IMG/VR virus record: IMGVR_UViG_3300042330_000433
Span: 28,213 to 92,212 of that record
Strand: one strand, 5' to 3'
DNA from: a virus
DNA length: 64,000 bases
In this document: one piece after another, positions 21,847-31,047 of the stretch
Layout: each line of letters begins with the position of its first letter
How positions within the stretch are numbered: the first letter of the stretch is position 1
The notes under the pieces: generated by a model
What the model was told of the DNA's origin: nothing
Databases searched by the model: none
Seen by the model: the letters and a program-made list of their open reading frames with translations, nothing else
Position numbers and translations under genes: made by a program

Positions 21847-24800
21847 ATGGCAAATTGCATAAATACAAGCTCAAAAGAATATATTGAGTTATTAGAACAA
21901 TCAAAATTAAATCCATTAATCCTGAAGGCTAGAATTTCTATCTTTCAGGATAAAAATGGTTTAGATTCATATCCTAAATTAGAAGATATTTTAAAATCCA
22001 ATCAAGTTAATACAACTTTAAAAGCTGTAGATATTTTACAATCTGATAAAGCTAAACAAATATTTGAAAAAGGTAAAAAAGCTGGTTGGGATTTAAATAA
22101 AATTCTTACAGAACTTCAAATACCTAAAGAACAGAAGCAATTACTTTTAGATTTAAATATTACTGATAGAGAACAATTAGCTGTAGAATTAGCTTTTAAA
22201 TATAGCTACAGTGTTGAAGTTAATACTACTAAAAGTAAAGGTAATGAAGATGGTTTTAGTTTAGATGATCATTATGATTTAGATTTTAAAGATCAATACA
22301 GAGAAAGTAATGGTAAGTATTATGAAATAAATATTTACGGTGATAATGAAGCTCAAGAAATAAGTAAAGAAGTTTATGATATAGCTAAACAAAATTATAA
22401 AAATAATGAATTAGAAAAAGAAAATAATAAACCTAATAGTTCATATTATTCTAACCTAACAGTTCCAGGTGGTACTAATTATACAGAAAATGAAATAGCT
22501 ACACCATTAATTACACCTAGTATTAAAGGTCATGCTCAATTTAGCACAGATAATGGAATAGGATGGTTTAGAAGTGATGATGCTTTAGTTAATAATGGTT
22601 TAACACAAGAAGAATTAGATAATATTCCACAAGAATATTTAGAAGAAGCTTTACATACAACTAAAACTAGAAGAATACTTGAAGTACAATCTGATTTATT
22701 TCAGAAAGGTAGAGATAAAGAATGGTTATCTAGAGAAATGAATAGTTTAACTCCAGAAGAAGTAGCTAATGAACCTGAATGGCTTAGACCTATTGGAACA
22801 ATTGTTAAAAGTGATAGTAAAAAAAATGCATTTTTAAATCTATTAATAAAAGATTCTAACTGGGTTACATTCTTTGTTAAATCTATTATACAAGATAGTG
22901 CTAAAAAAGGATATGAGAAAGTGTTATTTCCAAGTGGAGATACAGCTAGTAAAGTTGAAGGTCATACAACATTAGAAGAGTTTAAAAAACAGAAAGAAGA
23001 TAGAATTAAAGAACTTGAAAAAACAAAAAATAAAGTTAAAAATTCTAATAAAGATGAATATGCTGATGCTGCTTACGGTGAAGTTTTAGGAAAAAATGAT
23101 TATTTAAATAGTGTAAATAATGAAATAAATCAACTTAAACAAGAACTTGAAAGAGTTGAAGGACCAGAAGGATTTGGTGCTTTAAAACCTATTTATAGCT
23201 TCTATGAAAATACTGTAACTAATATTCTTAATAAAACTTACGGTAAAGATAATGTAAATGTTATTACTGATGAATATGGTAATACTTGGAATGAAATTAC
23301 TTTAGATAATAAAAGAGATACTTCTACTATTTTTATGAAACAAGATTTATCTGAATTTGTAAATGAAACAGGTGAAAATTTATTTCAAGATAATCAAAGT
23401 CAAGGTATCCAATCTAATAAAATTTATAAATCTAATGAATTATTATTTGGTAATAAATCTAAAATTACAGTTGATGAAGTATTAGATAATATTATTACTA
23501 ATTTTCCTAATTTAGATAGTACAACTAAAGAATTAATTAAAAGATCAAAAAAATTACTTAACAAATCTAAAGCGACTGTTAAGTTTATTAATGAATCTGA
23601 ATTATCTGATGATTTAACTATTATGCAATATGAATCAGATAATAATGAAATTCAAATTAGTAAAGCTAGATTATCTAAATATAATGAAAAAGAATCTGTA
23701 ATTGCATTTTTACATGAAGTAGTACATGGTCAAACTGTACAAGCTATGTTAAAACCTGCAAATGAAAGAACTTTTGCGGAACAAGACTTAGTTGATGTAA
23801 TTGAAGCATTTTTATCTAAATATAAAAATAGTGATATAAAATCAGAATATGGTTTTACTGATAAATTTGAATTTGTAGCTGAATTTTATGCTAATCCTGA
23901 TTTTAGAAATAAAGTTAAAGAAACTTCAGAAGTTTGGTGGCAAAAAATAATGAATGCTATTAGAAGATTATTTGATATTCCAGCTAATCCTGAATATAAA
24001 AAGTTATTTGATACAATTATTAATTATGTTGAATTAGAATCTCAAGATTATGTTGGTATTAAAAGATATGATAATATTTTTCAAAAACAAGTTCAACCTG
24101 AAAATATTGAATTAGATACTATTGAAAAACAATTACAACATACAGTTAATCAAGCTAAAGATAGGATTACTCAATTAATTAAAAGAACTAAAGCTGCAGC
24201 TAATGTTAAAAATAAAGAAGAACATAAAAACTTTATTAAATTATTTGAAGCTTTATTAGATGAAATTGTTTTAGCTGAAAGAAATAATAAATGGAAATCT
24301 ATTACTTCATATGCTAAATCATTTTCTAGTGCTGTAAGTAAGCTTAATAATAGTTTAAATAAAGCATTACGTATTGGAGTAGTAACTCATAATAATATAA
24401 TTTATCATAAAGAACAATTTGATTTATTTAGACCTGTAAGTGTTGCTGGTAAATATATAATTGCTGAAGATATATATGAATTATATAAAAATGATCCTTT
24501 TATTGAAAATTTAGTTAAAGCTGATAATTTAGATATTAATGATGATTTATATAATACTTTAGATAATTTATCTACAAAAGATTTAGATACTTTTGAAATG
24601 TTAAAACTTGTTGATAGTTATGAAGAATATTTATCAGCATATGATTTATTAGATGAAATTAATTCTTTAATTACTAGAAGTCAAAATGATAAAACATTAG
24701 AAAGAAAAGATAAAGTTCAAATTGAAGAAATTAAAAAAGTATTACATAATTTAAAAGATGGTCATCAAAATTTAACAGATTCATTTATAAATATTAAAAA

Positions 24801-27462
24801 AGCATATGCTGTTACAGAATTTTCTAAGCCTGAAAATAACACTAAAGTTGTTACAGAATGGAAAAATAAATTGTTTGCAGAACATACTAAATTAAATATT
24901 AAATCTGAAACTAAAGAAGAATATTTTGGTAGAATGATTCAAACAAAACATAAATCTGATTATCAAAATGCTTTAAGAGAAAGTGCTCGTAAAATTGTAT
25001 ATGATCCTTACTTTGATATTTCAACATTTGATAGAAATACTACAGATATTTTAAATATAAATTCTCCATTAATCAATCTTATATCAAATACTATTGGTAA
25101 AATGAGAGATAATATTATAAATGCTTATCATGATAAACAATTTCAACTAAATAAAATATTTAAAAAATATTCTAAAGAAAAAGGACAAAATAAGCAATCT
25201 GAAATGTATGGAAATATTATTGAATTAAGTCAAAATGATCAATATTATTTAAAAGGAGAATACTCTACTAAATTTTTAGATTCTGTTCAAAATGAATTAT
25301 ATCCTATATTAGATAAAATAACTGAATTAAAAGAAAAATATAGTTCACAATTTGATACTAAAAAAGAAGCTTTAAAAGCATTAAATAAAGATGTAGAATA
25401 TAAAGCTTTAAAATCTAAAAGAAAAGCTTGGTTTAGTGCTAATACTATTTCTATTAATGAAGAAACTGTTCCACATCCTAAATACAAGAATGCTGAAGTT
25501 ACAGGTGTTGAAAAAGAATTATTAGATTATTTTAAATCTGAAACAGATAATAATAATGTAACTGTTTATAATAATCATGTTAGTTTAGTTAAATCTGTAT
25601 ATGGTGCTAAATTTTACAAAATTCCTTCTGTTACTAAATCTAATTTAGAAAGAACACTTGAGGGTGATGTTAAAGGTCAACTAAAAGATAAATGGACTGA
25701 TTTAACAGAAGTTAAAGTTGATGATGTAAATTATGGTGAAGCGGTAGATAGTAAAAACAAAGAAAAAAGAACTGTTAAAATTGGATTTAGAGGTAAGCTT
25801 GATTCAAAAGATCAATCTTTAGATTTATTTACTGTATATAGAAAAGAAGCTTTAAATGCAATTAATTATAAAGAAAAAAAATCTAATGAAATAAAACTTA
25901 AATTATTTGTAAATATAGCTTCATCTAAAGAATATAAAAAACGTTCTATTCAAACTGGTAAATGGTTACAAAATAAATATGCAACACATGCTCCAGGAAC
26001 TACATTTAGTGGTGAATTTTCTCAAGAACTTAAAAAAATTGAAGGTCTTTTAGAAACTCATTTATATGATGTGTTATCTTATAGTGGTGGTAAAATATTT
26101 GGTTCAAAATTAGAAGCAACTAAATTAGCATCTATGGTAAATGGATTTGCTGCAAATATTGCAATGACTGCTAACTTAGGTTCAGGAGTTGTCAATGTGT
26201 TAAATGGTGTTACTCAAATGTTTTTAACTTCTGCTGGTGGATATACATTTAATAAAACAGACTTATTAAAAGCTGAAGCTCATTATAGTAAAAATATAAT
26301 GAATATATTAGCTGATTTAAATCAACCTGTTAAACAATCATTTCATAACCAAATGTTAGATATGTTTGATATATTTGGTGGATTTGATACTGCTACTCAA
26401 GAATTTATACGCAATAGTTATGCTAAAAAAATCATTTCAACTCATTCAATGAATGGATTAAATGAAATGGGTGAGCATATGATGAATGCTATATTAACTG
26501 AATCTATCTTAAGAGGTATTAAAGTTATGAATTCTGAAAGAAAATATATTAATAAAGAAGGAACTATAGTTGAAGAATCAAATGCAGCTTCATTATTTGA
26601 TATGTTATCATTAAATTCTGATGGTAAACTTGTTATGAGTGATAAAGTTGTTTATACTAAAAAGAATATTGATTCTAAATATCATGAAGGTGGTAAACAA
26701 CATATTAATTATGTAATTAAAAAGAAAGCTCATGATATATTTGGTGTATACGACCCATTAATGAAAGCTGAAATTGCTAAAACATGGTGGGGTAAAACAC
26801 TAATGATGTTTAAAAACTTCTTTTTATCTTCTTTAAAACATAGATATAAAGGAATTCAAACTTCATTAACAGCTAAAGAAGATTTAACTGAAGATGATAT
26901 GTCATTTAATAATGCAGAACAAGAGTTTACAGAAGGTATTTATACTACATTCATACGTTTTATAAGACAAGGTGTTATACCTAACTTAAATGGTTTTAAA
27001 TTAGCTTATATGAGAGATAATTATAATGCTTTATCTGATTATGAAAAAGCTAATTTAAAAAATACTACATTAGAGGTTTGTTTAACTATGGTTATACTTC
27101 CTTTATTAGGTATGCTTTTAGGTGCAGCTGCAGGAGATGATGATGATGAATTATTTTTTGCAATGTATGCTTTTAGAAGACTTGAATCAGAACTTTCACA
27201 ATTTAGAAATCCAATGGAGTTACAAAGAATGATTGCTAATCCAGTTGCAGCTAACAGATTTATTCAAAACTGTGCAAACGTAGTAAATGATGTTGTAACA
27301 CCTATTAATTTTAATCCTCAAAGAAATGAAACTTTCTTTGATTATTTTAGTGAAGATTCAAAACATAACAATGTATTAGTAAAACATGTTAAAAAAATAA
27401 CTCCTTTCTACGCTCAATTAGACAAAGAATATAAAAATCTCTACAATCTATTGAATAAATAA
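21847..27462 (+). CDS. Large multidomain ejection protein with zincin-like metallopeptidase domain
   Basis: HEVVH (23713-23727) plus downstream EFVAEF; EVQSD domain; hydrophobic helix near the C-terminus. Confidence 0.7.
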   Translation: MANCINTSSKEYIELLEQSKLNPLILKARISIFQDKNGLDSYPKLEDILKSNQVNTTLKAVDILQSDKAKQIFEKGKKAGWDLNKILTELQIPKEQKQLLLDLNITDREQLAVELAFKYSYSVEVNTTKSKGNEDGFSLDDHYDLDFKDQYRESNGKYYEINIYGDNEAQEISKEVYDIAKQNYKNNELEKENNKPNSSYYSNLTVPGGTNYTENEIATPLITPSIKGHAQFSTDNGIGWFRSDDALVNNGLTQEELDNIPQEYLEEALHTTKTRRILEVQSDLFQKGRDKEWLSREMNSLTPEEVANEPEWLRPIGTIVKSDSKKNAFLNLLIKDSNWVTFFVKSIIQDSAKKGYEKVLFPSGDTASKVEGHTTLEEFKKQKEDRIKELEKTKNKVKNSNKDEYADAAYGEVLGKNDYLNSVNNEINQLKQELERVEGPEGFGALKPIYSFYENTVTNILNKTYGKDNVNVITDEYGNTWNEITLDNKRDTSTIFMKQDLSEFVNETGENLFQDNQSQGIQSNKIYKSNELLFGNKSKITVDEVLDNIITNFPNLDSTTKELIKRSKKLLNKSKATVKFINESELSDDLTIMQYESDNNEIQISKARLSKYNEKESVIAFLHEVVHGQTVQAMLKPANERTFAEQDLVDVIEAFLSKYKNSDIKSEYGFTDKFEFVAEFYANPDFRNKVKETSEVWWQKIMNAIRRLFDIPANPEYKKLFDTIINYVELESQDYVGIKRYDNIFQKQVQPENIELDTIEKQLQHTVNQAKDRITQLIKRTKAAANVKNKEEHKNFIKLFEALLDEIVLAERNNKWKSITSYAKSFSSAVSKLNNSLNKALRIGVVTHNNIIYHKEQFDLFRPVSVAGKYIIAEDIYELYKNDPFIENLVKADNLDINDDLYNTLDNLSTKDLDTFEMLKLVDSYEEYLSAYDLLDEINSLITRSQNDKTLERKDKVQIEEIKKVLHNLKDGHQNLTDSFINIKKAYAVTEFSKPENNTKVVTEWKNKLFAEHTKLNIKSETKEEYFGRMIQTKHKSDYQNALRESARKIVYDPYFDISTFDRNTTDILNINSPLINLISNTIGKMRDNIINAYHDKQFQLNKIFKKYSKEKGQNKQSEMYGNIIELSQNDQYYLKGEYSTKFLDSVQNELYPILDKITELKEKYSSQFDTKKEALKALNKDVEYKALKSKRKAWFSANTISINEETVPHPKYKNAEVTGVEKELLDYFKSETDNNNVTVYNNHVSLVKSVYGAKFYKIPSVTKSNLERTLEGDVKGQLKDKWTDLTEVKVDDVNYGEAVDSKNKEKRTVKIGFRGKLDSKDQSLDLFTVYRKEALNAINYKEKKSNEIKLKLFVNIASSKEYKKRSIQTGKWLQNKYATHAPGTTFSGEFSQELKKIEGLLETHLYDVLSYSGGKIFGSKLEATKLASMVNGFAANIAMTANLGSGVVNVLNGVTQMFLTSAGGYTFNKTDLLKAEAHYSKNIMNILADLNQPVKQSFHNQMLDMFDIFGGFDTATQEFIRNSYAKKIISTHSMNGLNEMGEHMMNAILTESILRGIKVMNSERKYINKEGTIVEESNAASLFDMLSLNSDGKLVMSDKVVYTKKNIDSKYHEGGKQHINYVIKKKAHDIFGVYDPLMKAEIAKTWWGKTLMMFKNFFLSSLKHRYKGIQTSLTAKEDLTEDDMSFNNAEQEFTEGIYTTFIRFIRQGVIPNLNGFKLAYMRDNYNALSDYEKANLKNTTLEVCLTMVILPLLGMLLGAAAGDDDDELFFAMYAFRRLESELSQFRNPMELQRMIANPVAANRFIQNCANVVNDVVTPINFNPQRNETFFDYFSEDSKHNNVLVKHVKKITPFYAQLDKEYKNLYNLLNK

Positions 27463-27467
27463 AAGGT

Positions 27468-27505
27468 AAAAAAAAAGGCACATACTTAATTGTATGTGCC
27501 TTTTT
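27468..27505. terminator. Bidirectional intrinsic terminator between the convergent modules
   Basis: AAAAAGGCACATAC-TTAATT-GTATGTGCCTTTTT with A and T runs on either side. Confidence 0.9.
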
Positions 27506-27519
27506 GCATTTATAATAAT

Positions 27520-27735
27520 TTATTCTACATGAAATTGAAGAGGTTTTACTAACTTACCATTTTCAATTTCAATTTCAATTTCTTCCATGTAACCATGTTC
27601 ATAAAAATTACCACTTTCAACTTCTTCTTTAGTACTACCTAATTGTTTTAATGCATCTTCTTCAGTGTTTTGCATTGTTACAAAATAAGAACCATCTTGT
27701 CCATCACTATATGTTAAAAATACTTTTAATTTCAT
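27520..27735 (-). CDS. Hypothetical acidic protein
   Basis: ORF in a tightly packed - strand operon. Confidence 0.6.
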   Translation of the reverse strand: MKLKVFLTYSDGQDGSYFVTMQNTEEDALKQLGSTKEEVESGNFYEHGYMEEIEIEIENGKLVKPLQFHVE

Positions 27736-27736
27736 A

Positions 27737-27922
27737 TTAATTTAATTTTGTAATGTCATATGTTTCATGAACAATAGTATCATTATTATCTTCTAATTCT
27801 TCAAGAGTTATACCTCTTTCATCAGCAATATGTTGTAAAACTTGTTCTTCATTATCTGCTTCATAAATAGTTCCACTGACACAATCCCATCCGTTTTGTG
27901 GATTTGTTACAACAAACAACAT
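27737..27922 (-). CDS. Hypothetical protein
   Basis: Tightly packed ORF. Confidence 0.6.
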   Translation of the reverse strand: MLFVVTNPQNGWDCVSGTIYEADNEEQVLQHIADERGITLEELEDNNDTIVHETYDITKLN

Positions 27923-28155
27923 TATTTAATTAATTTTAAACAAGTTAATGCTTCATTTTTTTTAATATGTAAATTAAAGAAACTACCTTTACTTTCAGCT
28001 TTATTTAACTTATTAAAAAATTGTTGTGATACGGGTGTGTAAACATATTGTTTACCTGATTTAAAATCTACAGTTAAATCTTTTCTACCTTTATCATATG
28101 TCAAACTCTTAATTACAGAGCTTTTTGGTGTATTTATTTTATTATTCATAATCAA
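27922..28155 (-). CDS. KTSC domain protein
   Basis: SSVIKSLTYD...LTVDFKSGKQYVY...AESKGSFFN matches the KTSC pattern. Confidence 0.85.
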   Translation of the reverse strand: MIMNNKINTPKSSVIKSLTYDKGRKDLTVDFKSGKQYVYTPVSQQFFNKLNKAESKGSFFNLHIKKNEALTCLKLIK

Positions 28156-28447
28156 TTATTTCTATTTTTTTAGGTTTAACTTCTTTCCAAGTTTGTTTAG
28201 CATTAAATTCTTCTTGCATATACCAAGGACTTTTACCAAGATGTGCAGAATAGCATTTACCAGTTTCAACATCTTTAATTACATATTTAAGAGTAACTGA
28301 GGATTTCTCTTGGTCAAATTCAACTTGTTTTTCACTTACAGTTTCATATAACATTTCTTCAGTATCATAATCTTTATAAACACCACCTTCATACATTATA
28401 TCACTTATTTCTTCTTCTGTAAATTTTCTTTCTAAAGTATTACTCAT
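28142..28447 (-). CDS. Hypothetical protein
   Basis: Overlapping packed ORF. Confidence 0.6.
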   Translation of the reverse strand: MSNTLERKFTEEEISDIMYEGGVYKDYDTEEMLYETVSEKQVEFDQEKSSVTLKYVIKDVETGKCYSAHLGKSPWYMQEEFNAKQTWKEVKPKKIEIIDYE

Positions 28448-28448
28448 A

Positions 28449-28626
28449 TTATTTTATTTGTATATTTAATTCATTAACAACCATTCATTGACAATTACTT
28501 ATATCTAAGTCTATTTCTTCAGATGTTAAAAAATGTTCAACATCTTCCCACATATTCATATCATATTCATAAACTAAAACTTCTTGAGTACTTGAACATA
28601 ATATTATTATTTTTTTTTATAAACAT
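28449..28626 (-). pseudogene. Small disrupted gene (frameshift in A9 run plus internal TGA)
   Basis: MFIKK / +1 frame IIILCSSTQEVLVYEYDMNMWEDVEHFLTSEEIDLDISNCQ*MVVNELNIQIK*; fills the gap between thyX and the next gene exactly. Confidence 0.55.
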
Positions 28627-29363
28627 TATTCTAATGACATTATTAATTCTTTGTATTTTTCACATTTTTCTTCAAACTTAATTCTATCATCAATAACTTT
28701 AAGTACATTATCAAATTTACCTTTAGTTTCAGTTTGAACTAAATTCCACATTTGTTGTGCAATTTCTCTAATTTCTAATTGAGCATGTTCACTATTTCTT
28801 AATTTAATAAAATTAGCAAAACTTCTCATATTAAAAGTTACATCAGCTTGAATTTGTGAATTATATGTTTTAAAAAATCTAGCACTTTCTTTAGCTCTTT
28901 TACGACCTAATACTGGTGTAATTTGTTCTAAAGAGGCATGATATAATTTATTACCTAATTCATTATATCTTTCTAAAAGTTGTTTCCAAGTTTCATAACC
29001 TGAAGTAAATTTTTTAGTAAACTTATTAAATTTAGAATCATCAAATTCAATTCCAATCCAATCTTCAGGTAAATAAAATTTATCTTCTTTTAATTCTTTA
29101 TATCTAGCTGATTCACCATTGATATTAGCCATTCTATGTTTTAATAAATGAATATGACTAGCTATTTCAGTATCAACTAAAAAGTGTACTGAAACTTTCT
29201 CGAATGGTGTTTCGTGATGATTAGACCAAAGCATTTCTAATAAATTAGGAATTCTTTCTCTTTTAGCATCTGTAATATCTCTTGATGTACTAGTCCAAGC
29301 AGATTGTGCTACAACTTCATCACTTCCATAGAATCCTAATAATTCTACTTTATTGTTATTCAT
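28626..29363 (-). CDS. thyX: Flavin-dependent thymidylate synthase
   Basis: HETPFE, LKHRMANINGESARY, N-x-RSFANF, HAQLEIR. Confidence 0.92.
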   Translation of the reverse strand: MNNNKVELLGFYGSDEVVAQSAWTSTSRDITDAKRERIPNLLEMLWSNHHETPFEKVSVHFLVDTEIASHIHLLKHRMANINGESARYKELKEDKFYLPEDWIGIEFDDSKFNKFTKKFTSGYETWKQLLERYNELGNKLYHASLEQITPVLGRKRAKESARFFKTYNSQIQADVTFNMRSFANFIKLRNSEHAQLEIREIAQQMWNLVQTETKGKFDNVLKVIDDRIKFEEKCEKYKELIMSLE

Positions 29364-29679
29364 TCTTTATATTTTTATCAACATATCTATCATCCATATC
29401 TTTTTTAAAAAGATACATATAAGATAAAAACATTGCATTACACAATATATGACCTACATGTGAAAGTTTACTTTCAGGGTCATCATTTTCTCCTTCCATA
29501 AAAGCATTTAAATGTCTTTGTAAACTTTCTGTTACTTCAGAGTATTTAAGTCCTTTTTTCCAATTATTAGCTGAATATTTATTAGCACCAAACATTAATA
29601 CTTTAACCATTGGTTCTAATGATTTCCAACTAACTAAACTCCATTTTATTTTTCCTTCATTATATCTCTCTGCATTCAT
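29356..29679 (-). CDS. dATP/dGTP diphosphohydrolase domain protein (DUF5664-like)
   Basis: FGANKYSANNWKKG, SLQRHL, DPESKLSHVGH. Confidence 0.85.
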   Translation of the reverse strand: MNAERYNEGKIKWSLVSWKSLEPMVKVLMFGANKYSANNWKKGLKYSEVTESLQRHLNAFMEGENDDPESKLSHVGHILCNAMFLSYMYLFKKDMDDRYVDKNIKNE

Positions 29680-29688
29680 ATTTTAAAT

Positions 29689-29722
29689 AAAGCCACTACC
29701 TAATTGATAGTGGCTTTTTTTT
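29689..29722. terminator. Terminator hairpin
   Basis: AAAGCCACTA-cctaattga-TAGTGGCTTT plus a T run on the + strand. Confidence 0.75.
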
Positions 29723-29733
29723 GTTTCTATTTA

Positions 29734-30480
29734 TTAACCTTGTACTTCAACATGGTTATTATTAATAACAGTTGCATCATCTTCATTTACAACAAATGTC
29801 CAAGTGCTAATTCTGTTTCCACTATTAGGATTATTTGCAGTAATAACTGAACTAGACAATTCATTTAATACATCACGAAATACAGGTAATTCATTAAAAA
29901 CATTTGTAGTAGTTGACATAATAAATACAGCACATCTACTACCTTGGTTACCTTGAAAACTTGCAATAATATCTTGAATAATAGATACATAAATATCTCT
30001 AAAAGTTTCATCAATATTAATTTCAGGATTTAAAGTAAATGCAGTAGTGTGTTGTCTTAAATAGTTAGTAAAATTTTCCTTCATTGCTAGTAAATGATCA
30101 ACTATATTATTTAATCCTAAAAAAGAAAATACTCCACAACTTGCTGCAATTCTACTAAAATTTACAATTTGTCTTGAATCGTAATTAAATACATTCCTTC
30201 CAATAAATGGACAACTAACTGTAAAACCAAAAGTATCATTTTCTTTTACCACAGCTGTAGTAATGTTTAATTCATTAATTACTGGAATTACTGGTGTTGG
30301 TGGTGGAACTGGTCGAGCAGGTCTTTCAGCAATTACTCTAAATAAATTTTTAGCATAATTTTTTTGAACACCATTATCATTTATTAAAGTGTATCTAGTT
30401 TCTGATTCTTCAATTAAATCGTAATCTTCATTTACACTAATTGATTTATTATTTCCAGTTTTTAAACATTTTAATCTCAT
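29734..30480 (-). CDS. Hypothetical protein (small beta-rich N-domain, Pro linker, SCG...NPNSGN domain)
   Basis: 248 aa ORF; RPARPVPPPTP linker. Confidence 0.6.
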   Translation of the reverse strand: MRLKCLKTGNNKSISVNEDYDLIEESETRYTLINDNGVQKNYAKNLFRVIAERPARPVPPPTPVIPVINELNITTAVVKENDTFGFTVSCPFIGRNVFNYDSRQIVNFSRIAASCGVFSFLGLNNIVDHLLAMKENFTNYLRQHTTAFTLNPEINIDETFRDIYVSIIQDIIASFQGNQGSRCAVFIMSTTTNVFNELPVFRDVLNELSSSVITANNPNSGNRISTWTFVVNEDDATVINNNHVEVQG

Positions 30481-30481
30481 A

Positions 30482-30784
30482 TTATATATTTTTGTATTTT
30501 TTTGTTGTTATGTATTTGTAAAATTTCTTTAGTTTGAAATTAATACGTTCTTTAATTAATTCATTAGAAAATATTTCAGTAATAACTTTTAGTCTTATTT
30601 TAACATCTCCTATTTCTTCTATAATTTTTAAATCTGATACTAAATCAGGTTTATTTTGTTTTTGTTTTAAAATTAAAGCTAATTCTAATAACTCTTCTAT
30701 TGTTTTAGAAATTGTATAATCTCTATCATTAACATTAAGTAAATGATCATATACAATGTCTTTTTCATTTTGTTCCATTAGCAA
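30482..30784 (-). CDS. MazG-like nucleotide pyrophosphohydrolase
   Basis: KTIEELLEL...IIEEIGDV. Confidence 0.7.
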   Translation of the reverse strand: MLMEQNEKDIVYDHLLNVNDRDYTISKTIEELLELALILKQKQNKPDLVSDLKIIEEIGDVKIRLKVITEIFSNELIKERINFKLKKFYKYITTKKYKNI

Positions 30785-31047
30785 TAATTATTTTTTAGTA
30801 ACCATTCATATTCTTCAACATTCCAAATATAATTTTCGATATCAATATCTGGAATTAATCTTAAATTGCACAATAATTGACCAAATCTTAAGTCTGGATT
30901 ATTATTCCACATTTTTTCAATATCATCCCAAGTATCATAAATATTATGAATTATTTCAGGATTGTTTGTATTTAAAAAATGAGATAATATTTTATCATTA
31001 TTTTCAAATAAATACAAACAAATTGGTATTCTTGTTTTACTTCGCAT
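30778..31047 (-). CDS. Hypothetical protein (DUF1040/YihD-like)
   Basis: MRSKTRI...WNNNPDLRFGQLLCNL. Confidence 0.55.
   Translation of the reverse strand: MRSKTRIPICLYLFENNDKILSHFLNTNNPEIIHNIYDTWDDIEKMWNNNPDLRFGQLLCNLRLIPDIDIENYIWNVEEYEWLLKNNYC

Noticed and set aside
21841-21849. Programmed readthrough fusing the RNAP to the next protein (AAA TAA ATG in frame; similar junction at 10085-10093)
   Set aside because: TAA is an efficient stop, in-frame adjacency arises one time in three by chance, and no recoding signal is visible.
29356-30784. Modified-base (e.g. dZ or 7-deazaguanine) pathway implied by DUF5664 plus MazG
   Set aside because: No PurZ, Que/Fol or DpdA genes in the window; these enzymes are common nucleotide-pool genes.
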